NCBI GenBank assembly: GCA_000004985.1
Contig: GG738889.1
Reading direction: 5' to 3' (one strand)
Length of the DNA stretch: 64,000 nucleotides
Source of the DNA: Naegleria gruberi
Taxonomy: Eukaryota
Shown here: positions 32,003 through 43,512 of the stretch, one piece after another
Layout: every line of letters begins with the position of its first letter
Position numbering within the stretch: the stretch's first letter is position 1
The notes under the pieces: generated by a model
What the model was told of the DNA's origin: nothing
What the model saw: the letters and a program-made list of their open reading frames with translations, nothing else
Database searches by the model: none
Program-made: the position numbers and the translations under genes

Positions 32003-33676
32003 TTAATAATTAGTGGAAACACCCAATTTTGTGTTTAAAGCAGCAATGGCAGATTTGACTGCACCAACAGACCATGTACGTTCCAAATGGAATGCTTCAC
32101 CAACAAACACAATCTTTTCACCAGTAATCGGATTCAAAGCCCATTGTTGCTTTTGGTCAATTGAGAGAGTAGCACTAGGTTGTTCGAAATACCAAGCATC
32201 ATTCCACAATCTGTAGACCAATTCAACTGGAGTAGGAATAGTTGTGTTTGGATAAAGTTCCTTCAAATAATTCATAACAGTTGTTTGAACAAGTGCTGAT
32301 CCTCCCATTTCGTATAAATCATTCCATTCCTTAGCACAGTGACCATCAGCATAGGCAGCTCTGAAAGCATTGGTTTCCTTTCCTTGTGGAGAGAGTGGAA
32401 TTTCAAGATATTGTAAACAATTTGAATCAGTCCAGATTCTTCTTGCTGGGCTAACTTGTTCCCACCATCTTGAGGCGAATCTCAACAAGATTGTCACAAC
32501 TGGAACAGCTTTGGATTGTTTCAAGGCAGGAGAAGCGTTCAAAGCACTACCGAATTGACCAGTTACTTGTTTGAAAGCTTGTGGAGGAATGTTAATAATG
32601 ACATTCTTGGCATGAATGAATCTTAATGAAGTTCCAATCAAATATTTCTTGACACTTGAAGTTGAGAATGGAGAAAGATCAATTGACTTGACACTTTCAG
32701 ACATGAAGAAAGTAACTCTACCAGTTTGTTGAGCAGCAAGGGTCATCTTTCTAACAAATTCACCCATTCCACCAATTGGATAAAAGTTCAATGGGTCAAC
32801 TGAGTCAGCCAAAGCAAATTCAGCATAGGTCTTTCTATCAACTGCTTGGAAATCACCTCTAAATCTAAATGTTGACATGAAATAAGACATTTCCTCAGCA
32901 CTTCCCAATCCAGATTGAGTATATGAGAAGGTATCTTGAAGTGGTGAATTTTGGAAAGCAGCGCTTCCAGTATCAAGTAAAACATCCCATCCACTAACAG
33001 CACCACTTGCTAAAGGATAACCTTGAGCTCTGAGAATTTCCTTATCATCAGTTCTGACACCTCTGGAAACCATCAAGACATTACTTGGAATTCCCAAAGC
33101 TTGTGCTTCATATTTATCAACATAGTAACCACTGGTAAAGTTAATATTCAATTCAGCAGCAAGATTCTTCATGACAGTGTGTTGATTATTGACTCTGACA
33201 CCACCAAGGTCATACTTCTTCGAGTTGCCCAATGTGAAAGTTTCCAATCTTCCACCAAGTCTGCTAGTAGCTTCAACAACACAAATATTTTGTTTACCAG
33301 CTTTGGCAAGTTGATAAGCAGTGAACACACCAGCAATACCACCACCCAAAATGGCATAATCACATTGTGTTAAAGTTGCTGATTCGGCAGTTGCAGCAGA
33401 ATCTGTGGATGGAATTTCTGATTCTCTGAGTGAGAATAAAAGTGGAATTTGAGAGGAGAAACCAAGAGTAGTGATGGCTACTGTGGCAAGAATCAAAGAT
33501 GCCAATACCAAACCAAGTATAATGGCTGCTGTAGGCAATACTTTAGTTGTCTTGGTTGACTGTCCATACTCTAATAGATTTGTTAGTGGATCCAAAAGAT
33601 AACATTCAATACGTACCTTTAGATATTGGTTGTTCAATATCCAGAGTGTTTTCTGGTTTGGAAGTCAAAATGTCCA
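32003..33676 (-). CDS. Flavin-containing amine oxidase (L-amino-acid-oxidase-like) with N-terminal TM anchor, 2 exons: complement(join(32003..33570,33616..33676))
   Basis: The long ORF has no in-frame ATG (track start is TTG). The upstream micro-exon ATGGACATTTTGACTTCCAAACCAGAAAACACTCTGGATATTGAACAACCAATATCTAAAG (MDILTSKPENTLDIEQPISK) ends in a G|GTACGT donor at 33615. Acceptor …tattag at 33571 gives a 45-nt intron, in phase, and the frame continues as EYGQSTKTTKV…. TM AAIILGLVLASLILATVAITTLGF. Rossmann FAD motif YAILGGGIAGVFTAYQLAKAG…VVEATSRLGGR. Confidence 0.65.
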
Positions 33677-34732
33677 TTATGGCTTGTGTGAAATTTTTTT
33701 AATAAATGATAATATTAGATTTTAGGATGTCAGAATATTAATTGCCTGTTCGCCATGAACCCTTTGTTTGTTGAATGCTATAAATTACCAACAGCTTATT
33801 ATTTTGTGAATTAAATGCCAAAATAGAAAGAGGCTATTTCAATAAGTTACCTTCTATATTTTCATAGTTTACAAAGAATTGGTCTGTAAGATCTGACATT
33901 GAGTCTCATGAAGGAAGATTTCACAAACTGCTGCCGTACGTGTTACTTGAATGCGCTGTAGATGGAATTGTGAACTGATTTGAACTTGGTATTACCTATC
34001 CAATTTCTTTACAGTAAATTTTGCACAAACCTCCTTAACATTTTAAGCTCTCATCTCATTGAGGAAACTCATTGGATATGTTGGAGCAATATCATAAATT
34101 GGACGAACACATATGGGTCTTGGGTATTTGTTGACCTCTCTTATTGAAATACAATTGGTATCATTTAATAAGCTTATTAAGAACTTTGACTACATCAGAA
34201 AAAGGTCGTATGCTTTCATATTGTTTCACAACAGTTGAATTAACTTGATCTCAACATCTACAATATCAGGTCATTTAGTGATCCTATCAGGATCTAAATT
34301 TCCATTTTACCAACATGGTGATATTTTGAAACTAGTTGACCTAATAGAAAGTCCTACTCCATTGTAATGAGTACAAATTGGTCCAAATTGATTGTCTGAA
34401 ACACTTAATTTTTCAAATTCAAAATGTCCATTAGGGATTCTAATAGCACTTGTTCGCAAATCTACGTCCTCTCAATTCTTTCATTAAGTGTCCTCGTCAT
34501 AATGCTCATTCAATCAATCTCCCATTCTTTCGAATCAAATGATAAAGTGAGGAGTAATTTTCTCAAATTGTCCGTCTTTTAATCTCCTTCATCATCTCTG
34601 TAATAATTTCAATCAAAAAAACAAAAATCCAAACACATCATCTGTGCTATACTCTATTGCACAGTAGAAAAAGCTAATAATAACAATACTACAATTATAT
34701 AATTGGATTAGTATTAAATAATTAGAAGAAAA

Positions 34733-36949
34733 ATGTTGAGTAAATTGAGAGTGCTCGGAGTTGGTGCTAACAAACTTTCAAGGAATTTTCTATCGAATAG
34801 AAGTGTTTCCTTGTCTTCATCATCCTATTTATCAGCCAGATATTCACGATTCAGTTGTGCAATTCAAGTAAATAATGCAAAAGTCAATTCTTCACCATCA
34901 TTTAAATTTCCGAATTTAAATTATCAACATAATGAACAGAGAAATTATTCATCATCATCTTTTGATAATAACAATACTAATCAATCATCATCTTCTGGTG
35001 AAAAATCTAAATTCTCCTTCTTTAAATTGGTCAAGAAATTAGCCAAATATCTATTCCTATCAATCAGTGCAGTTTTAACATTGTTGGCAATTTGTATTCC
35101 ACCTGGTTTATTGGTAGATTTTGATGAGGAATCGAGACGTGATAAATCAGCACTATTCTTTTTGATTTTGGATTCCTATAATGATACTTGGAGTATTTTG
35201 AAGAGATTTGTCACTTCATGTATTTCAATTACACAAGTAGCTCAAGCTTATAGAGAAATGAATAAGAGATTTGAACAACAATTGAAGGATATTTCAACCA
35301 ACAAGTATACTGCTGAGGAGGAAGAGAAAATATTGATAGAATATATTAATGCAAGAAGAGAGACTAATTTGAAGGCAGCCAACTTGCTATTGGACTTGTG
35401 TTTGGTTAATGCTGGTGCCTATGTGAAAGCAGGTCAATATCTTGCCTCACTCAATTATGCCATTCCAAAGGAATTTACAGAAACACTTTCTGTTTTACAA
35501 GACAAGTGTCAACAACATGATTTTTCAGTGACTGAAAAGATTTTGAAGGAAGATTTTGATAAGGATTTCGAAGAAATATTTTCCTACTTTGAAAAAGAAC
35601 CAATTGCCAGCGCCAGTATTGCTCAAGTTCACAAGGCAGTATTGAGAGAATCTGGAAAGAAGGTTGCTGTCAAGGTACAACATCCAAACTTGGAGAAAAT
35701 GTTCAAATCTGATTTGAACACTATGAAATTCTTGATGTGGTCCACAAAGAAGTTTTTCGATTTCCCATTTTCATGGTGTTTACCTGAATTTGAAAAGTTT
35801 TTGATCAGTGAATTGGATTTTGTCAATGAAGCAGCCAATTGCACTCATTTCAAAACAATATTCAAGGATTATCCAAATGATCAAATTGATTCACCATATG
35901 TGCATTGGAATTTGACCAGTAAGAGAATTTTAACCATGGATTTTATTGAAGGAGTAAAATTGAACGACTTTGAAGGAATGAAAAAGTTGGGAATTGATGC
36001 TAAGGAAATAAGTCAATTGATTGTGGACAGTTATTCAATTCAGACATTTGTTCATGGATTTATTCACTCTGACATGCACAATGGTAACTTGCTTGTGAGA
36101 AGATCACCAAAAACAAACAGGGCACAAGTTGTCTACCTGGATCATGGATGTTACAAACACTTGGATGAAGAAACTAGAAAGGATTATTGTAATTTGTGGA
36201 AGGCAGCTATTTTCAGAGATCATGAAAATCTCAAACTCTACACTGAAAAGTTTGGAATTGATGGAAAGTACTATCCTCTCTTTGGTCTCTTCTTGACCTT
36301 CTCCAATTATATGGATAAGAGTTCAACAGCAATGGTCGATCAAAGAAAGAACATGTCAAAAGATGAAGTCAAGAAGATGTTCAACAATATTAGAGAAACC
36401 TTCTTCCCAGGCAGCAAACACAAAGCTCAAGATTTATTCAATATCATTGAAGAAATGTTCAAGAATATGAAATTAGATTTAATTCTTCTCATGAGAGCCA
36501 ATATTCAAATTAGATCCATCACCAAAGAATTGGGTAAACCAATCAATAGATTTGCAACAATGGTTGAATACTGTCTCAGAGGTTTGCACTATGAAAGAGA
36601 AAATTATGGAATGTTATGCAAACCACACAGAGAATCCGATTCCAAGACAGTTCTTGTCACTAAGGTTACACCAACTCCATTCTTCCACACTCTCACCTTT
36701 CAATTATTAAGATTCAAATGTGAATTACTAGCTCTGGAAGTTGTCTTTGTTTTGGCCAGAATGTCCATGAGAGTTTTGAACTTTTTCATGCCAGGTAACT
36801 TTGAATCTGAAGAAGCCATGTCTGATGAGAGAAGAGAAACTGAACATGTTAAGGCAAGAATTGAAGGAAGAAGAAAAATGGAACTTGAATCAAAGGAAGA
36901 CATGGAAGAATTATCTACTGAATCAACTACTCCTGCTCCTGCTCAATAA
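34733..36949 (+). CDS. ABC1/ADCK-family atypical protein kinase (aarF domain)
   Basis: ATG at 34733. Mito-like N-terminal extension and a TM segment. ABC1 signature …ASASIAQVHKAVLRESGKKVAVKVQHPNLEKMFKSDLNTMKFL… and kinase-like core (…HSDMHNGNLLV…DHG…). Single exon. Confidence 0.75.
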   Translation: MLSKLRVLGVGANKLSRNFLSNRSVSLSSSSYLSARYSRFSCAIQVNNAKVNSSPSFKFPNLNYQHNEQRNYSSSSFDNNNTNQSSSSGEKSKFSFFKLVKKLAKYLFLSISAVLTLLAICIPPGLLVDFDEESRRDKSALFFLILDSYNDTWSILKRFVTSCISITQVAQAYREMNKRFEQQLKDISTNKYTAEEEEKILIEYINARRETNLKAANLLLDLCLVNAGAYVKAGQYLASLNYAIPKEFTETLSVLQDKCQQHDFSVTEKILKEDFDKDFEEIFSYFEKEPIASASIAQVHKAVLRESGKKVAVKVQHPNLEKMFKSDLNTMKFLMWSTKKFFDFPFSWCLPEFEKFLISELDFVNEAANCTHFKTIFKDYPNDQIDSPYVHWNLTSKRILTMDFIEGVKLNDFEGMKKLGIDAKEISQLIVDSYSIQTFVHGFIHSDMHNGNLLVRRSPKTNRAQVVYLDHGCYKHLDEETRKDYCNLWKAAIFRDHENLKLYTEKFGIDGKYYPLFGLFLTFSNYMDKSSTAMVDQRKNMSKDEVKKMFNNIRETFFPGSKHKAQDLFNIIEEMFKNMKLDLILLMRANIQIRSITKELGKPINRFATMVEYCLRGLHYERENYGMLCKPHRESDSKTVLVTKVTPTPFFHTLTFQLLRFKCELLALEVVFVLARMSMRVLNFFMPGNFESEEAMSDERRETEHVKARIEGRRKMELESKEDMEELSTESTTPAPAQ

Positions 36950-37232
36950 TTTATAGATTTGGAAAATGGTGAATTGTAAATACAAATTGTAAATATTAAA
37001 TGTAAATGATTCAATATTAAATCAATAGTGTAACATTTATGTCTGTAATTAGCCATCAAATAATATTGTAATAGTGCAATAGATTGAATCATTCACTCCG
37101 TGCCAATCAATTAGACAAGGGCGTACGATTGTATGAGGGAAATAAATGGCGAAAAATTGGGATTACGGCTCAATTATGTTCTATTAATTGTTTTGGATAA
37201 TTTTAATACATAAACAATAAAAAACAAACAAA

Positions 37233-37385
37233 ATGAACTCAAACGGTGGATGTGGATGCTCTAATGGTGCTACTTGCAATTGTGGAAGCAATTGTGCATG
37301 CAGCGGATGTGGTAAGGTTGAAGAAAAGCCACAAGAACAATCATGCTGTTCTGGCGGTTCATGCAGCAGAAAGTAAATGTTGTAA
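37233..37385 (+). CDS. Metallothionein-like Cys-rich micro-ORF, not in the ORF track; contains an internal 1-nt frame offset
   Basis: ATG at 37233 gives MNSNGGCGCSNGATCNCGSNCACSGCGKV…. A second Cys cluster (SCCSGGSCSRK*, stop at 37375-37377) is in the +1 frame. Removing one g from ggttggaag (~37317-37322) yields a canonical two-cluster 47-aa MT: …CSGCGKVEEKPQEQSCCSGGSCSRK*. Confidence 0.45.
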
Positions 37386-37908
37386 ATTTAGTGTATAAAA
37401 TAGAAAAACAACAATTATTGAGTGTTTTGAATAATAAATACAATAGTGTTTATTTAGAAAATTATTATTTATATTTTTATTTTAAATGATTGAAAATTAT
37501 CGTTCCGAACTTGCATCAAACATGTGTCTCTGAAACGAGTCAACGATGAGAAATCATGTTATTTGAATTAATCTTGAAACCAATTAATTTGATGATATAA
37601 AGATATATTGCTTCTCCCTACAATGTTTATTTCTAATCTTCTTCATCTGAACATCATTTATCAAGTGAGGAACAAGTGAAAAGCATTTACAAAAACCAAT
37701 TGCACACTTTACAAAATGTTGATGAACCACCCAGTTGCAAACCAGAAATGAAGGCTTCATGTTGAGAACTTGTCTTATCGCTTGCTGATCAACCAGAAGT
37801 TTGCTGCCAGCAGAAGCAGGAACTTGCCAGCACAATCATTTTAAAAATAAAACACTTTAAAAAAAATTCCTATAACTCTTTTCACCACCACATACAAACA
37901 CAGTCAAA

Positions 37909-40900
37909 ATGTCCAACTTTGATGTGAATTCAATCATTGAAAAGGCTGATTCCAAGGATAAGGATATTCGTCATATGGCCCTCTATGACTTGAGTAACGA
38001 ATTACAAAAGGAAAATTTAAAGTTGNNNNNNNNNNNNNNNNNNNNNNNNNNNNNNNNNNNNNNNNNNNNNNNNNNAATTATTATCATTATTGATCACTTG
38101 AAATATTTTTAACTCTCTCTTCCATCAATTATGTAATATNTGTTTTATCACATTCTATGTGATTAATACAACAAATCTCTACATTGATCATCAACATTGT
38201 GCGATTCACAATTTAATTGTGATTCCTCGTGATGATAACAACAACAACAATAATACTTTTTGATCTTATATAGTTTGCCTCACCTTGTTAACAAGATGAG
38301 CAAGGTTCAAATTGAAAACAGTATTTCATCACTTAGTAGCAATATTCTCAAGGGTGAAGATGAAAAGAGAGACATTGCTGCTATTGCTTTAAAGACTGTC
38401 ATTTCTGAAATTCCAATGGAAAATGCTCAAGCTCCTATCAAGAAATGTATTACACCACTCCTCCAAGGTCTTTCAAGTGATAATCCAGAAATCAAGTTGG
38501 TTGCTCTTGATGTTTTGTCTGATTTATTGGCTCGTTTCGGCGCTATGGTTGCTGATGAACATGAAAAGTTACAAAGTGCCTTCTCTGCCGAATTAAAATC
38601 AAGCAGAGTTTCCGTTCGTAAAAGAGCTATTGCTTGTCTTGCTGCCTTGTCAGTTCATACTAGTGATAAATTATTTGATGCCTTGTTGACAAGTGTTGTC
38701 AATGGTATTGATAATGTTATCAAGACAATGAAGAAGCAAAAGGATAATAGCAAAGTTGAAGAACTTTCTACTTATATTCAATCTTGTAGTGCTATTTCAA
38801 AGACTGCTGGTCACAGATTTGGTAAATATTTGGCTAGAATTATTCCATTGTTCATGGATGCTGCTGAAATTATTGCAGGATCTTTGGATGAAGATGATGA
38901 AGAAATGGTTGATACTAATACTGAAATTAATGATGAAGTTCGTGAATATATTACTCAAGCTTTCGAAGCCTTTGTTACAAGATGTCCAGATGAAGTTGCC
39001 AGATATGTTGATTACGTCATTATTATTTGTAAGGAATACCTCGAATATGATCCAAACTATTCATATGATGATAGTGAAGATGAAGCTGAAGAAGCTGATG
39101 TAATGCAAGATGATGATGATGAAGATGGTTTGGGAGATGATCTTGATGAAGGTGGTTTATCTGAAGATGATGATGTTACATGGAAAGTTCGTAGATCTGC
39201 TGCTAAATGTTTAGGTTCATTGATTAGATCTAGACCAGAATTATTGGCATCTTTCTATACTGAATTGTGTTCTGAAGAAGATATTTCATTGATTCGTCGT
39301 TTCAAGGAAAGAGAAGAACCAGTTAAACTTGATATTTTCAATGTTTTCATTGATTTGTTGCATCAATCATACTCTACAAAGACTTCTCCAAGTGGTGAAG
39401 TTTCATACAAGCAACATGATGAAGTTAAATTTGTTGAACAAACAAAGGATGCTATCATGAAACGTATTAAGAAGCAATTGAAAGAAAAGTCAGAAAAGAC
39501 TAAAGTTGGTGTTTTCCAAATTTTAAAGTCTTTGGTTGTCACTATGCAAGGTGGTTTGTCTAAATATATTAAGGATTTAGTTCCTTCTGTTTGTTCCGCT
39601 TTAGCTGAAAAGGGAGAACAATCTTCATTGAAATTAGAAACTTTATCATTCTTGAAGACTTTCATTCAATTCCACAAGCCAGAAGAATTTAAACCACATT
39701 TGGAAACTTTAATGAAGGCTGTTTTCAATTGTGTTAATGATAAGTATTACAAGATTATCACTCAAGCTTTAAGAGTTTGCGGTGAATTGGTTTTGGTTGT
39801 CAAGACTTGTTCAAGTGATTCTAATTATGGTTCTCTTGTTACTCAATTACAAAATAACGTTTATGAAAAGTTGAAGATTCAAGATATTGATCAAGGTGTT
39901 AAAGAAAGTGCTATTACTACAACTGGTTTAATTGTTTCTCACTTGGCTGACAAGTTACCAAACTTGAAGGATACTTTAAATATTTTAAAGGAAAGATTAC
40001 AAAACGAAATTACTCGTCTCACCACTGTTAGAACTTTCACTGTTATTGCTCAACATAAGGTTGATATTTCATCTGTTTTGGTTGAAACTGTCAAGTTATT
40101 CTCTGATTTCTTGAGAAAGGATAACCGTGCTCTTAGACAAGCTGCTTTGGCTGGTTTGAGTCAATTCTCTGTTTCATACAGTGCTAAGATTGATTCTGGT
40201 TTGTTCAGTACTGTTATTGAAGAAGCTGCTGAAGTTATGAATGAAAAGAAGTCTGACTTGCATTTGGCTCATTTGGCTTTCAAGTTAGTTAAACAAATTG
40301 TTGATGCTAATCCATCAACTTTATCTTTGATTCAAAAGTTCGTTTTGCCAAAGATTTTGGAATTGTTGGCAAGTCCAACTTTGCAAGGTAACTGTTTAGA
40401 ATCTCTCTTGGTTGTTTTGGCTATGTTGGTTTCATCAGTTGGTTTTGATAACATTTTGAAACAAGTTTTGGCTATTCCAAAGGAATCTAAGCAAGTTTTC
40501 ACTAATATTGGTAAGGCTGTTGCTGCCATCTGTTCTGCTGGTTCTCAATCAAATAAGACTTCAACTATTGAAAAGTTTGCTAAGGATTTAAAGTCAAAGG
40601 ATGATTCTGCTAGAATGTTGGCCTTGTTCACTTTGGGTGAAATTGGTCGTACTATTGATTTATCTTCATCTGGTACTGTTAGTCAAGATATTGAAGCTTG
40701 TTTCGAAGAAGAAGGTTCTGAAGAATTGAAGAATGCTGCTTCATATGCTCTTGGTAATATTTCTGTTGGTAATTTGGCCAAGTTCTTACCACAAATCATT
40801 AAGGGTATTAGAGAAAGTCCAAAGAAGAAGTACTTGTTGATCCACTCTTTGAAGGAAGTTATTACTCAAGCTGATGCTAACAAGCTTAAGGAATTCATTC

Positions 40901-41793
40901 CTGAAATTACTCCATTGTTGTTCGATAACTCTCAAGAAGAAGAAGAAGGTGTTAGAAATGTTGTTTCTGAATGTTTGGGTAAGCTTGCTGTCAATGACTA
41001 CAATAATGTTGTTTCTCAACTCAAGGAAAAGTTGAATCAATCAGATGCCACCAAGTCAACTGTTATTGGTGCTATTAAGTATGCTATTACTGATGAAGCT
41101 TCACCAATTGATGACATGTTGAGAGCTGATCTCCCAATCTTCTTACAACAATTGAACAAGCAACAACCAGTTAGTGTTAGACGTGCTGTTGTTCTCTTGT
41201 TGAATAGTGCTGCTCACAATAAGCCAGAAATTTTGAATGATAGTTTAGAAAAGGTCTTACCATCTCTCTATGCTGAATGTGTCTTTGATGCCAATCTTGT
41301 TCGTATTATTCACTTGGGTCCATTCACTCACAAGATTGATGACGGTTTGGATTTGAGAAAGTCTGCTTTCGAATGTATGGATACTGTTTTGGATAACTAT
41401 AGATCAAGAATTGATCCAAACAAATTCATTGCTCAATTACCAGCTGGTTTGGATGATGAAAATGATGATATCAAGATGTTGACTCACTTGATTGTTCAAA
41501 AGTGTTGCGTCCAATTCCCAAGATCATTGTTGACTTCTGCTGATCAACTTGTTGTTCCATTCACTAATACTTTGAAGAAGAAGCTTAAGGAAAATGCTTT
41601 GCAACAAGAAAAGGAAAGATTCGACGAATTGTTGAAGAGTACATTGAAGGCTGTCCACGCTGTCAGATCTATTCCAGGTATTGAAGATTCTGCTCAATTC
41701 ACTGATATGTACAACAAGCAAATCGTTGCTAATGCCAAGTTGAAGCAAACCTATGATGAAATTGCTGAAACTCATGAAGATTTCGAATTTTAA
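37909..41793 (+). CDS. CAND1: Cullin-associated NEDD8-dissociated protein 1 (CAND1), HEAT-repeat protein; join(37909..>38025,38274..41793) with part of exon 1/intron lost in the gap
   Basis: N-terminus MSNFDVNSIIEKADSKDKDIRHMALYDLSNELQKENLKL matches CAND1 …[29 protein letters not shown]. After the gap and an AT-rich intron (acceptor tatatag at 38273), the exon continues collinearly (LPHLVNKMSKVQIENSI… vs LGPLVSKVKEYQVETIV…; WKVRRSAAKCLGSLI; FKEREEPVKLDIF; KNEITRLTTV; SAASYALGNISVGNL; NVRRAVVLLLNSAAHNKP; DDGLDLRKSAFECMDTVLD) to the stop at 41793. Confidence 0.85.
38026..38075. other. Assembly gap (50 N) inside CAND1
   Basis: Run of n. About 35 codons of CAND1 are missing here. Confidence 0.95.
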
Positions 41794-42063
41794 ATGTATC
41801 ATAAATTATTAAAAAAACATTCTCTTTTGTAAATTTATTGAGTTGCTAATATTAATATTTTGAAACATGGCAAATTTTAATTAAATAGAGATTACCATTC
41901 AACAACAAGGAACGTGTACCCCTGCGTCTTCAACTCATCTTCAATTTTTTTACGCTGGTAATAAAAGTCATAATAGCTAAGGGTTAAAGTCAATTGTTTG
42001 AATGAACCTTGTTTACAAAATACTAAGTATGAACTTGTATAAAACAAAAACATCTCAAAAAAA

Positions 42064-43390
42064 ATGTCTCAACTAAAGGATCTTCCAACCGAACTTGTTG
42101 GTACCATTTTGTCCTATTCAACTCTTCAAGATAGTTTTCTATGGAATACAGTCAGTAAACAATGGAATCAATTGCTACGTGAATATGTCTTTTCTCGTGT
42201 CTTTACCTATTGTGAATTGCATGCTAATAATGATTTTTCCTATTCCTCTAAAGAAATCAAGGAAATTACAAACCAGGATGATGCTGGTGATGATGATGAT
42301 GATGAATATGGTGGATATCAATCCTATCAATTGGAAAATATCTTGATGAGAAGAGGACATTCAGCAGTCAGTCTCGATGATGAATCTAAAATTTTGGTAT
42401 TTGGTGGATTTTGTGGAGATAGACATTGTAATGAATTGTTTGTTGTAGATATTGATAAAAAGACAGTTGAAAGAAAGGTTGAGAATAGAACTAGTGATAA
42501 AGATGTTTTAGATGAGAGTATCATGATGGGTAGATCTTTCCATCCAATGGTTTTAATTTCTGAAAACAAGTTTCTTGTAACTGGTGGATATTGTAATTAT
42601 ACTTTGGACAATTGTCCAAATTTGAGAGATACTTGGATTATTGAATTTAGTGAAAATGATTTCAAATTTACCAAACTTAATCAATCGGGAGATGTTCCAC
42701 CTCCAATGGAAAGTCACTCATTGGTTTATTACAATGGTTATTGCATCTCTTATGGTGGAAGTAGCTTTTTTGAAGATGATGATTTGGGAATGAAACATAA
42801 GGATGTCTATGCATTGAATGTTGAGAGTGGATCGTGGACGAAACTGAGAATTAAACAACAGGAAAGAGGACCTCCTGCCCTTACTGGCCATTCATGTCAT
42901 CTCATTGAGGGAACAAACAAGATGATTCTCTATGGTGGTTACGATCAGGAAAATTCCACTCACAATTCATTGTGGATGCTTCACATTGTTCTCCCAGATG
43001 AAACCAAATTCTTCAATGAGTTTAGTTACTGGGAAGAGATTATTCCACAAACCAATTCCTATGTTCCTGAACCAACATTGTATCATCGTTCTCTATTATT
43101 GCAGAATAGATTATTGGTTGTTTATGGAGGTGCATTGGATTGAGAGTTCCATTCACACTGATCAATTCTCTGTCTTTGATTTGGAAACTAGAAAGTGGAC
43201 TAATCTATTGAATGATGAATGTCTTTTGAAGAAAGATCCAGAAGAGGCTCCAATCAGAGTTTATGGACATACATTGACCTATTTACCAAAGAGTGGAAGA
43301 TTTGTGGTTTTGGGTGGATCCAGTTCTGATTCTGATTATTACAAAGGATTCTCTATGAGTGTTGGAATCTTCTCTCCATTTGTAAATTAG
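42064..43390 (+). CDS. F-box / kelch-repeat protein with a single-base frame break near 43130-43145 (assembly indel or pseudogene)
   Basis: ATG at 42064. F-box (LKDLPTELVGTILSYSTLQDSFLWNTVSKQWNQLL). Kelch-type blades (…ILVFGGF…, …FLVTGGY…, …CISYGGS…, …MILYGGYD…, …LLVVYGGALD*). The next blade and the C-terminus continue in the +1 frame (…WIESSIHTDQFSVFDLETRKWT…RFVVLGGSS…FSPFVN*, stop at 43390). No GT..AG intron fits. Confidence 0.6.
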
Positions 43391-43512
43391 TAAAATTAGT
43401 GTAAATGTATTGAACATGAAATAATTCCAACCAGTTCCCTTATTACTGGCAGTGAAAGAAGCAAGACGAGTAAAAGAATAAGAATATGTAATAGATAAAA
43501 TTTCATGTTATT

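Noticed and set aside
37584-37835. 83-aa minus-strand ORF between the MT-like gene and CAND1
   Set aside because: It starts at TTG, has no recognisable family, and overlaps a gccagca-type simple repeat. It is probably promoter sequence.
38260-38273. ORF-track start MILYSLPHLVNK for the big HEAT-repeat ORF
   Set aside because: These codons are the 3' end of an AT-rich intron (acceptor tatatag at 38273). CAND1 begins upstream at 37909.
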